Positions 26,215 to 37,920 of a stretch of DNA of 64,000 bases are shown piece after piece (position 1 is the stretch's first letter; every line of letters starts with the position of its first letter). The notes under the pieces were generated by a model. That model ran no database searches. It saw only the letters and a program-made list of their open reading frames with translations, and was not told the DNA's origin. Where the stretch lies: NCBI RefSeq assembly GCF_030144855.1, contig NW_026781221.1, forward strand, positions 310,001-374,000. Reading direction: 5' to 3'. Both the position numbers and the translations under genes were made by a program. The DNA is from Hypanus sabinus. Lineage: Eukaryota.

Positions 26215-26567
26215 TCATGCAGGTGTATGAGATGATGAGAGGCATTGGTCGTGTGGATAGCCAGAGGCTTTTTCCCAGGGCTGAAACGGCTAACACGAGG
26301 GGGAATAGGTTTAAGCTGCTTGGAAGTACCTGCAGAGGAGATGCCAGAGCTAAGTTTTTTTAAACAAAGAGTGGTGCCTGTGTGGAATGCACTGCCAGCG
26401 CCGGTGGTAGAGGCGGATACAATAGGGTATTTTAAGAGACTCTTAGAGAGGTAAATGGAACTCAGGAAAATAGCTGTCTATGCGGTAGGGAAATTCTAGA
26501 CAGTTACCAGAGTAATTTACATGGTCGGCACAGCTGTAATATGCTGTAGACTTCTATGATTCTATGA
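26215..26567 (+). mobile_element. CR1 3' end
   Basis: VYEMMRGI.RVDSQRLFPR motif and (ttctatg)n tail. Confidence 0.75.
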
Positions 26568-27089
26568 AATTCAACGGAAATCTCCTATGCCACTGTGTGT
26601 GACTAGTTGAAACCTATCATCTCAGGGAGAGTGATAGGGGAATGGCACGGATAGGTTTTGATGTACTGATATGGAACAGAAACATGGGCAGGGGTAAGAT
26701 AGGCCGAGTGGCCTTTCTAGCGTACATTGTGAGTGTGGTAAAGACAGTAACTACCTGAGACAGTGGAGTGAATACAGAACTGATTTATCTTTCACGGATC
26801 CACAATATTAAACACCAGTCTAGTTCAAGGCTAACATCAGCAGAACAGAAACCTCCAATGCTCAGTGACCAGGGTTCAGTCCTGGGTGCGATGAGCAGTC
26901 GCAAGAACTGCAGAATCTGACAATAACAGTCCCTCATGAACCTGCAGCTGCCTTCTGTCACCGTGATGGTTAAACATTTAACACGGAGCTGATTTGAACT
27001 TCCTCCCTATGTGAAGTTGTTGGCGTTGCAGCAGCCGGGATGATTGAGTAAAACTCTTTGCTCACTCCGGACAGAAATGTGGCTTCTAT

Positions 27090-27575
27090 TTATTGTGAAC
27101 TCACCGGAGCATGACAAGGTGGGTTAACTGAATGAGTCTCTTCACACACACGGAGCAGGTGAACGGCCGCTTCCCAGTGCGAAGCTGCTGGTGTATCTGC
27201 GATGGCCGACTGAATCCCTTCCAAAATGAGAGCCAGTGAATGACATCAACACGTACAAACAAGCTGGATGAACTCAGCAGGTCGGGCAGCATCCGTTGAA
27301 ACGAACAGTCAACGTTCGGGCCGAGACCTTTCGTCAGTGAATGACGTCACACTGCTATCAAGTCATGGCAATGTATCAAATCAGATCACGGACATGGACA
27401 CGTGTTCGGGCTCTCCTTGCAGCGAGTGGGGCGCTGTCGTCCCCAACATCTCTGCCTCCACATTCAAGGATCGGTGGCATTCAAGTACTGGCGAACTGAC
27501 AGATACAGCGGAACTAACGTGCTGTTGTGTTTGAGATTCCCATACACAAATCCTTTGACTTCTCTACACTGTTAA
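27090..27575 (-). pseudogene. Third, degenerate C2H2 ZNF paralog
   Basis: [25 protein letters not shown] remnant. 27500-27640 resembles the acceptor region of the arm A ZNF (13930-14070). Interrupted by a PLE insert. Confidence 0.7.
27249..27334 (-). mobile_element. 5'-truncated Penelope-like insert with hammerhead-like motif
   Basis: 15-bp TSD CAGTGAATGAC(A/G)TCA. The minus strand reads ctgacga-aaggtctcggccc-gaac-gttgac. Confidence 0.8.
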
Positions 27576-27824
27576 AACGTTACAAAGCACGTCAGTGGGT
27601 GAAGGACATTTCAACTCAGATAATTTTAGTCTCCATGGTGTCTTCTGATAAAAAAAACTCTGTCACAGCTCAAAACAATTTGGAGGAACAAGATTTCATC
27701 TTCTAACTGGCTACAGTTCCGGCATCAGGAACAATATCAAACTCTCCGCTTCCCTCTGTATCAAAATGGACCATTCCTCCCCTTCATCAGTCTGTGACTT
27801 TGCTCAGGTTGTCTATCTTCTTCA

Positions 27825-28225
27825 CATTCTTAGAAGGATGAGAAGGGATCTGATTGGAACAGATAAAATTATTTACGGATTGGACACACTGGAGGCAGGA
27901 AACATGTTCCCAATGTTGGGGAGTCCGGAACCAAAGCCCACAGTTTAAGAATAAGCGGTAGGCTATTTAGAATGGAGTTCAGGAAATTTTCACCCACAGG
28001 GATGTGGATCTATGGAATACTCTGCTGCAGAAGGCAGTGAAGGCCAATTCCCTGGATGTCTTCAAGAAAGAGTTAAGTAGAGCTTTTAAAGATAGCGGAG
28101 TCAAGGGATACGGGGATAAGGTATGAACGGGGTACTGATTGTGGATAATCAGCCATGGTCACATTGACTGGCGGTGCAGGCTCGAAGGGCCGAATGGCCT
28201 ACTCCGGCACCTGTTGTGTATTGTC
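27825..28225 (+). mobile_element. CR1 3' end
   Basis: RRMRRDLIGT.KI..GLD motif, similar to 20810-21190. Confidence 0.75.
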
Positions 28226-28324
28226 ATGCACCACACACCTACTGATATCACATTTTATTTATACGGCTGCGACTAGGGACTTTCTGATTATTATGTCCCC
28301 CCCGGCATCTGTCGGTGGTAAACT

Positions 28325-29250
28325 GATCACCGGTCACCTGATCCCAGTTACCGCAGATCGTAATGCGAGATTGAAGCCTTTTCTATTTATTTGCATTCCT
28401 CAGAAATGACAACAGTTCAGTTAAGTTTCCTCCTGAGGTTCCAAAGCAGACGCTCAGTCTGTCTAATATTTCCACACAGTTAAAATGGGGAATTCGTTTT
28501 TTTCTTATCACGTACCGAGCTACTGTGAAAATCTTGCCTGCCGTACCATCCACACAGATCAATATATTACGACAGTACATTGAGCTGATATACGACAAAA
28601 CAATAACTGTAACAAAGCATTATGGCTGCAGAGAAAGTGCAGTGTAGATAGACATCTGGTGCAGGGTCACGTCGAGTTACATTGTGAGGTTAAGTCCATT
28701 TTATCGGACTGAAGACCATTCATTTGGATTATAACCACAGGCAGGAAGCCGACATTGAGCCTGGTGGTACAGGCTTTAAGGCTTTTGTGTCTCTTCCCCG
28801 ATGGGGGAGCGGGTTTGCAGCAAGAATGTCCAGGTTGTGAGGATCATTGAGTACATGGCCTGCTTTTCCGAGACAGGGGAAGTGTAGGAAGAGTCCATTG
28901 AGGGGAGGCTTGTTTCTCTGATGTTCTCTGCGCACCAAAGTTCTCTGCAGTTCCTTGCAGTCATGGGCAGAGCAGTAGCCATACGAAGGCGTGACGTATC
29001 GACAAGAAGCTCAGAGACCTCGGCCTTCACCCTGTCTTGTGCAGCTGGATCCTGGACTTCCTGTCAGATCGCGAGAATGGGCTCCCTCAACTCTGTCTCT
29101 CTGACCCTCAGCACACATACCCCACAGGGGTGTCTCCTTGCCCCCTCCTTTACTCTCTGTATATCCATGACTTGTGTCGCCACCCACAGCTCCAATCAGT
29201 TTATTAAATATGTGAGGACACTGCACTGACTGGCCTAATCTCAAATAATA
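28325..29250 (+). repeat. Third copy of the module at 3935-4835 (inverted copy at 56563-57450)
   Basis: Near-identical sequence and spurious ORFs (MKAEVSELLVDTSRLRMAT.. at 4376-4612 and 28776-29030). Confidence 0.9.
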
Positions 29251-29869
29251 ACGAGACAGCCCACAGAGAAGAAGTCATCACCCCGACACAGTGGTGTCAA
29301 GATAACAACCTCTCCCTCATTGTGACAAAAACAAAGGAACTGGTGGTGGATTACAGGAGGAATGGAAACAGGGACCAAATTCAACATTTCCAAGTCCGTT
29401 ATTGCACATTTTAATATTGAATATGACAGAACGTATTGTATTTAAAATACGGATAATGACATATTTATAGTTAATAGATTGTTACTGACAGAGAATCGTA
29501 TCATTGTTTGTTCCGTGTGTTATCTGAATGTACTTGCCTGTGATGCTGCCACAAGTCAGTGATTCTCTGTACCTGTACCTTCCCGTACTTGTGCACTTGG
29601 CAATAAATTCAACAGGACCTGAGAAATCTCAGTGAGATTTGATTAGTGATGATAATCTCGGAAGCTCGGTAGGTGGAATGTATGAGACAATGAGTACACT
29701 GTTAAATGCAAAATCCTGAACTCTGTTGATGATCAGAGGGATCTCAGACTCCAAGTTCAACGCTCCCTGAAAGAGACTGCACAGATTGATCGGGTGGTTC
29801 AGAAGGCAAATGGCGTGGTTGACATTAGTTGAAGCATTGAGTTCAAAAGTCGGGAAGTTGTGTTGCAGC

Positions 29870-30587
29870 CGTTACGAGCCTGCGGTCGTTCTGTGACTGT
29901 TTCTTTAAGAGCGCCGGCGTGAGGAGGCGGGACTATGTCGTCAGTCACAGGCTGACAGCGCTGACTGTGGATTAACCATGAGAGAGAGAGAGAGAGATCT
30001 GCAGACAGGCAGTCGGCCAGTCTAAAGAGAGAAGGAGAGACTGGAAAAGCTGATAGCTTCAGTTTGTTGCAGCTGTGGCTTGGAACTCTCCTATGCCCAG
30101 AAGAGTGGGTTGATCATTGGTGCACAGAACCACAACGAACGTGTATGGTTGTCCCTTGTGTTAACCCTTGCCTGGGTATGTTGTACGGTAACCCCTGGTA
30201 GACGGTATTCCTGTGACAGGTCACTTTCGCTGATAACTCGTATATGGACAGATTCAACGGATAAAATGTTCGATGACGGTTATGTCGAAGTAACGGCCTT
30301 TTCTCTACGTTTCACCGTGGAACACAAATATCTCTCTGCCATCATTTATTCCGGGGATGACTGAACTTTCCTACTTTACCATCTCAAGACTCTAAGCTTT
30401 GTTCCCTCAGGCTCGATAGTTTAGAGTTATAGTTACACATATACACACATAACACTGTTACCTTTCCTTTATTTCGTTGTTACTATAAGTAGATACTAAT
30501 AAAGAGAGTGGTTTTAACATCAAAACCAGACTCCAGTGTGAACTCTATTGCTACTGGTTCGTCTCTAAAACGTAACAGTTCGTAACA
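29870..30587 (+). mobile_element. Solo LTR inserted in a CR1 fragment (~29640-30930)
   Basis: (C)GTTACG...CGTAACA termini, TSD CAGC/CAGT. The CR1 reading continues on both sides. Confidence 0.85.
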
Positions 30588-30938
30588 CAGTTTTAAGACC
30601 ACATCTGAAGTATTTCATACAGTTCTGGTCGCCCCCATTCTCACAAGGATGTCGGGGCTTTGGAGAGGGCGCAGAATCGGGTTACCAGGATATTGCCTGG
30701 ATTAGAGGGCATGAGCTGTAACGAGAGATTGCACAAACTTGTGTTGTTTACTCCAGAGCGGCGCAGACTGGGGTGAGACTGGATGGACATTTATAGGATT
30801 ACGAGAGGAATAAATAGAGTGGACAGACGATATATTTTTCCTGGGGGTGAAATGTCTAATACATTTAGGGTGAGAGGAGATGTGAGTGGCATGTTTGCTT
30901 CTTTCCAAAGAGTAATGGACAGCTGGAGTCACTGCCCC

Positions 30939-31440
30939 GGGAAGGGGGGAGGGGGGGTGGGTGGAGAGAGAGAGAGAGCGCGCGCGCGCGCGCGAGGAGG
31001 AGTCACGTGATCCGATTTGCCCCTCCCATTTAACCACAGATGAGCTGCAACTCTGCGTCGCTTCCGAGGCCCCGCCCTCCGGATGATGCGCCTATATCTT
31101 TGCACATGCTCACAGTCTCCAGGTGGGTTGCGTTCTGCGGATTTGGGATCACTGTCTGCGGGCTGAAGAATCGGTGAGTATTGAGACCGATCCCGGGCGG
31201 GGAGATCCGATGTTGGCCTTGAGCCCCGAAATGAGGGCCTATTACTCATTTAGTACCCAGTTATCTGGGCTCGTCAGAAATGTATCGGCTTCACGGAATC
31301 TGCATTAAGCGATCCAAACCAGGAGCCCAGGCTGTCTATTTTCTCAGCACTGAAAGGGGAGTCCCGTCAACAGGTCACGTGAGACTGTGCGCCGCAGATC
31401 GGCCCCGCCCTCCGCTTTGTGACGCACGATCACGTGGTGT
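30939..31440 (+). promoter_or_regulatory. CpG-rich promoter and first-exon candidate for the arm B ZNF gene
   Basis: Three CACGTG E-boxes (~31004, ~31376, ~31432), two CCCCGCCC GC boxes, and donor CG|GTGAGT at 31173/31174. Confidence 0.55.
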
Positions 31441-32430
31441 GTTGCGAACAAGGTTTACAAGAATAATCTCAGGAATGATCGGCTTTATGTTTGAGGAGCA
31501 TTTGATGGTTGTGGACCTGTGCTCAATGGAGTTCAGAGGGACAGTGGGGTTGGTGGAGGGATGTATGGTTAAGTAAACCTACCGAATGCTGGAAAGCCTG
31601 GATACAGTGGACATGGAGAGGATGTTTCCATTAGACGGAGAGTCTGTGATCTGACAGCATAGGCTCAGAATAAAGACGCTTCCCTTTAAAATTGAGGTGA
31701 GAAAATTTCTTCAGCCAAAGGATGTCTGATCTGTGGAATTTGTTGCCGCAGAGGGTGGTTGAGGCTGCCATTTGGTTCTGTTTATGACAGAGATTAATAT
31801 ATTGATGATTGCTAAGTAGCTTCAGGGTTACAGGAGGAAGGCAGGAATATGGTGTTGGAATGAAAATCAGCCATGGTTGAATGGTGGGCAAACCAGATTG
31901 ATCGAATCAACTAATTTTGTTCCTGTGTCTTGTGTCTTACCATGACTGAATGATGGCTCCTTCTTCTCCCATATCTTTTTGTGAAGTGTGAGGGACAATA
32001 AAAGATTGTTCACTGAGATCATTATATTCAACATTTAAATTTCAATGAGTTTTGCTCTTAGTAGCATTAAGCAGAAATGTTTGGTTCTCCTTACTATTGT
32101 CAATGTGCTTCATTATTTTTCATGTTAAAGTTAGACCTGCGGTGAGAGATTTATTGGAATAAAAAACCCAACTGGAAGCAAACCACGACTGAAGATGAGG
32201 GAACATCAACAAGTGAACCAGCCCGAGGATTGAGAGCATCAACTGAAGAGAATCCATCTGACTCGGAGATTCCAGTGATTCAGTCAGGAGAAAGTTTGGT
32301 GAGACTCATTTACTCAAACACTGGTCCTTTAGACATTACATACCTGTACAAAGGAAGGTGAGAAATAGTTGGAGGGAGACTGAATGTGCCCAGAAGAACC
32401 AGTTATGCCTCTGTCAGATCCAGTTGCAAT
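31441..32430 (+). repeat. Direct duplication with 61108-63290 (CR1 remnant plus candidate non-coding exon 32131-32298)
   Basis: Colinear match. AG|TTAGACCTG...TG|GTGAG is present in both copies (second copy exon 61787-61956). Confidence 0.8.
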
Positions 32431-32488
32431 CACTCCAGGTCTGGTAATGTGCTTCCAGCAGCCCAGCCCTTTAAAACCACTGCCATTC

Positions 32489-35400
32489 TGTGGAAGTCGA
32501 ATCTGGAATAAGTCACTCAAAGACCATATAAATACAAACTCTTTACTCCAAGCACCTGGGACTTACTCAGTTAGTCGCTCAAACAGGAACATCTATGACT
32601 GTTCCCGCCCAATCCACTAACTGACTAACAATTCCCCTTACACCACAGGTACCCAGATACCCACCACAGAAGGCAGGCAGGTTATTTACTATATTACAGC
32701 CCCTTAAGATAAATTACAAAATAGTCATAACGGCTTACACACACAAGACAGATTGAAGCTGTCCTATCTCTGCGCATGAGTGCACAATTCAGATAAACAT
32801 CCAGAAACCCTAGCTAGCTACCCTCAAGAAGAAATATGGCTCAGCATGGCTTGGTACATTGGCTGATCATCAGCAATTTCTTTCAGAAGAACAGGCGGCT
32901 ATTGTTTAAGGAAGTGTTAACCCTTTTACATAGTTCACCACTCCCTCCTTTTGATCATTACATGATCAAGCAGTAATTTTTTCACAGAGAAAGCAACCGT
33001 GTACAACATTGACTTATCAATGGATAAAAACAGTGCACAACAGTAAATATAACAATGATGTGCACAACTATTAAGCCATAATGCAATATCATGCCTCACA
33101 TATTACCAAACAGGCCTTCAAATACTAACATTTCGACCCTTCGGTGAACCTGTGTAAATCCTGCCCTACTTTCTTGATGCTATCAATCTCCCTGGCAGTG
33201 TGCTCGGAAAGGGATGTAATGTTGGTAGACTCATCAGGGATATAGGTGCAGCATTCTATGTCACTAATAGCACAGGTTCCCCCTTTCTCAGTGAGGATAA
33301 AATCTAAAGCCAAATGATTCTGTACGACTGTTTGCTGGATTGCACTCGTTTCAGTGGAATTGTCTGTTTTCTTGGGCCTGTGTTTCTGTCAGAGCCCCTG
33401 CAGTATTGTGGCCAGCTCCTCAAGTGCTGTAGCCAGGTGGATTCCTGGCTGCTCCATAGGAGAGAAAAGGGATCATCCAAAATCACTCAGTCTCAGTTGT
33501 TCCTCTCCACTGCTGGGCACCTGCAAGTATGGTCAGGATGCATGTTTCCCAGTCTAGGAAGTTGTGTTTGGTGGGAGCCTGAGATACCATCCCTCAGAAT
33601 ACTGACAGCCACAGTCATCTCTGACTGGACCCCAGTTCCTCATCTCTCTTCCCCTGGCGTTATTTGTGAAAGCCCAGGCTGAGAGTTCCTCACTCTGGTT
33701 GAGCAGGATTACTGACATTGGAGTCATAGTTTTACTATGCTGCAGAATTTCGGCACAAACCCAGCAGGCCCCTAGTACTACCTGTTCGGCATCGGTGTGA
33801 CAGAGATACAGAAATGTGTTAACATGGGGACCCTGGATGCTGGGGTGATCCCTCTCAAAGACATAAACACGAATACCAGTGTTACATACCTGTAACAATT
33901 TAATTGAACCAGCAGCTATAGACCAGACATGGAGTCTGGTTTTGATATTAACACCACTATCTTTATTTGTATCTACTTATACTATAACAACTTAATCAAA
34001 ACAATCAAAAGGGACCTTTGGGTTCAAATCCATACATCCCTCAAGGTTGCTGCACAGGTTGATACGGTGGTTAAGAAGACCTATGGTATGCTAGGCTTCA
34101 TTAACAGGGGGATTGAGTTCAAGAGTAGAGAGGTCATGTTGCAACTCTACAAATCTCTGGTGAGACTGCACTTTAAGAGTATTATGTTCAGTTCTGGTCA
34201 CCTCATTATTGGAAGGAGGTGGACGCTATGGAGAGGGTGCAGAGGAGATTTACCAGGATGTTGGCTGGTTTGGAGAACAAGTCATATGAGTCAAGGTTAG
34301 CAGAGCTGGGACTTTTCACTTTGGAGAGTAGAAGAATGAGAGGGGACTTGATAGAGGTCTACAAGATTATGAGAAGCATAGACAGGGTGGATAGTCAGTC
34401 TCTGTTTCCCAGGGCAGCAATAGCAAACACCAGAGGGCATATGCACAAAATTAAGGGAGGGAAGTCTAGGGGAGACATCAGTGGTAAGTTTTTTTTACAC
34501 AGAGGTTTGTGGGTGCCTGGAATGACTTGCCAGGGATGGTGTTGGAGGCTATAACATTAGGGCTATTTAAGAGCCTCTTGGACAGGCACATGGATGAAAG
34601 AAAAATAGAGGGTTATGTGGTAGTGTGGATTTAGTATATTTTTTAAGGGTTATATGGGTCGGCACAACATGAAGGGCTGAAGGGCCTGTACTGTGCTGTA
34701 GTGTTCTATGGTTAACAGTGTTATGTGTATACATATGTGTAAATATAACTCCCAAACCATTGAGCTCAGGGAATACCAAGCTTAGAGTCTGAAGATGGTA
34801 AAGTATGAAAGTTCAGCTCATCCCCCGAATAAATGATGAAAGAGAGATATTTGTAATCCAAGGTGAATGTCGAGAGTAGGCAATTGCTTCCAATTCCACA
34901 AGTTCCACGGTGGTAAAACAGGATAACAGTCGCCGAAGATCTTATCCGTCTTCGTTCCAAATCCACATATGAATTATCACCAAAACTAGCTGATAACAGA
35001 GGTACCGTCTTCAAAGGGAACTACCACCCAGGCAAGGGTTAACACACAGGTAGATTCCACAAGGTACTCTCAATCCAGATCCAACACACAAAGTATTACC
35101 GACAGTGATTTCCACAGAATACCTTTCTCACAAGTGGTCACCAGATAACGCACCCAAATCCAGTTAAGGGTTAACAAAAGTTGTAGCCACGGGATACTCC
35201 ATCAGAATCCCCATATGGATTATAGGAATTATCACCAACAGTGATTTGTCACGGGGTACCCTGTACAAGTGAGTTACCACCCAGGCAAGGGTTGGCACAA
35301 GTGGTCTTCACAGGACACTGCCAAACATAAAGATCCACTCCCGTGGATCAAACAAAGTGACAATCACACATTCAGTATTGTTCTGTGGGCACAGGAGAGT

Positions 35401-37920
35401 TCAAACAGCGAACTTCGGCCACTAGGTCCTTTGTTTCGAACCTTCCATCCTCTTTCTTTCTCTCCGTCTGACTGTCCTTGCTTAAATAAAGCAAACTGCG
35501 AGCTATGTAAACACAAGCTGTGAGCAAGTGTAAACACGCTGCAGAGTGAAATAGTTCCACCCCTCCCTCTCTCTCAGTAAGAATCAAACAAGAGTCAAGA
35601 AAGCTGGTGGCTGATGTCACTCAGGCACTGTCTCTTAAAATGACAGTCCATGGCAAGAAACCTAGAGGTTCATCACACCACTATCAACCAATTCTTTTTC
35701 CTTTAGTCCAAGAGAGTCCTTCTACGCAGTTCCTTCAGTAACACGTTTATAATCTGTTCGATGTATCCATCGAGATTGCCCCTTCAGTCTCAGAGCTGTG
35801 GAGTGGTCAGTAACACCTAATATGGTCCTCTCCACCGAGGTCTGAGTTTCCCTCAATCCCAGTTCTTGGTCCACATGGTGTCCTCATGGGCCATCCATAA
35901 ATGATTTCAGTTGGTGACAACACTGTTTTCCCCTGTGGGGTGACCCTCATGTGGAATAGGTCTAACAGTAGGACCTTCAAGCAAGTGAGTCCAGTCTCCG
36001 CTGTTAGTTTGGCCAATATACTCTTCAGAGTGCCATTGACACTTTCCACTATAGCAGCAACCCGTGGGTGGTGTACGGTAGAATTATTGCCTGATAGCTA
36101 GTTTGTTACATACCCCTTCGCTTGCTTTCACCACAAAGTGTGGGCCATTGTCAGAGCTCAGCATCTCTGGCAGGCCGTACCTGGGAATTATATCCCATAA
36201 TAATACCTTCACAACAGTCATAACAGTATTATTGGTAGTTGGAATAGCTTCAATCCATCTATTAAATGCATCTATAATAACTAAGCAGTATCTATAGCAA
36301 TGTACTCTAGGCAATTCAGTAACATCAACTTGTAGACACGAAAATGGTCAAGGGAGTCGTACCCGGTGTGCAGGGTGCAGGTTAACATCCATTTCCTCCT
36401 TTTCCAGGTGTGTACATAATTGACCAATATAGGTAAAAACTGTGTAGGGACACAAACCTGTCCCGCTGTGGTGATCTAAAAACCTAGGTTGGGGTCTTTC
36501 TGGCGCCCCATCTGGAACCACAGCTTGCACTCCTCCTCAGAGGCATCCCCCTGAAAAGTACGCTCCTCCCACATGTCTGGCAAACCTGTTCTGCTTGAGT
36601 CATGGAGGATTGCTTGACGGGATCCTGAGAGGACTACAACTATCGAGGATTGTGCAGCACTTTTCGCTGTCTAATCTGCTAAAGGATTGAGTTTAGTGAC
36701 CTGTTTGGACATGCGGGTGTGGGCCGCACATTAATAATGGCCAGAACTCAAGGTAGCTGTGGAGCAGTGAGTAAGTTGTTTACAAAGGTGACATTACTAA
36801 TGGGGTGGCCAGAGGAAGTCAGGAATCCCCATGTTCCCAGAGAGCCCGGTAGTCATGTACAACTCCAAATGCATAACGGGAGTCCGTGTAATTGTTCTCA
36901 CTTTTATCTGTTGCTAGGATACAGGCACAAGTCAGAGCAAACAGCTCATCCTTCTGGACGAGACAGCTGCTTCAAAAGAGTCCTGCTCAATGACTTCACT
37001 GTCAGTTACTATCGCATCACCAGAATATTGTTTCCCTGGCTTCCATTCTCATAAAACATTGCCTCGGGCTTGAGGGGATATAGCAGAATGGATGGGAATC
37101 TCTGTCCTCTTTTCATGGTGATCCAGATGGGGGGCAGTTTTAGAAATTAACAAGCAAGGCCAATTTCATGGCCTGAAATTGCGCAGAGATGGGGTACAGC
37201 CTCTTGTGTTCGGTCAATATTAAAAGAGTGTCTTACCAGATGTCCTGTCTTCACCTGAGTCCTTCCAGTATCAGAGTTGGCATGCGGCCAAGTCTGGCCA
37301 GCCTCCCTCGGTGCTGGAGGCTTGTTTCATCAGGGTGTAGGCAAGGAACCCTAGGCTCTTTGGCTTGAACCCAAGGCAAACCCTCATGGTATGGGGAACC
37401 ACCTGTCCTGTTTGTCACCAAAGGAAATCCGGAACTTCGGCTAGTAATGCACTGTTCTCTCTTCCTTTATCCACTCTAATGTGACTGGGAACTTTGTCCC
37501 TAGAGGGGTGCATAATACTGGCTTTACTCAATCCCCCTGGAATTCCACCTGCAGTGGCTGTGTATGTGAATACGTGCGTTCCATGCCTTCGAACCCAGAC
37601 AGAGTGATTGTCGTGTTTCATAGCTGGAATCCATTTTCCGATATTACTTCCTGATTGAGAGTGGCTGTGGTTGCCGGCATATCAATCATAAACGGAATTG
37701 GAATTCCAGCAACTTGCAATGTTCCGTTGGGCTCTTCCTGAGGGATGGTACTCACAGCAGGAAGCATCCTAGCTTGTTAATTTGAATACGGGTTGTTGTC
37801 CCCACCTGTCTCTTGGTAGGTTTTTCTTCCCATTTCTGATCCCCAGATATTGCCCTCTTGTGTCCTTCTTCCCACTGAACATCTTCACCTTTAATATTAG
37901 TTCCCTTCAGGGTTGTTTGG
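32489..37920 (-). mobile_element. Heavily decayed class I (gamma/epsilon-like) endogenous retrovirus: pro, RNase H, IN, env, PPT, 3' LTR
   Basis: env TM QNHLALDFILTEKGGT-CAISDIECC (ISD + CX6CC, 33125-33320). IN ..IIDAFNRWIEA..SDNGPHF..ESVNGTLK (35807-36314). YTDSRYAFGVVH at ~36860-36890. PPT at 32941-32952. Confidence 0.85.
33880..35677 (-). mobile_element. Gmr1-family solo LTR inside the ERV, itself split by a CR1 3' fragment (~34008-34710, +)
   Basis: TGTTAC...TCACA termini, TSD CCAG/CCAC, homology to 9847-10644. CR1 ORF at 34219-34554. Confidence 0.8.

Noticed and set aside
33125-33313. Co-opted syncytin-like env
   Set aside because: The env is fragmented by stops and deletions.
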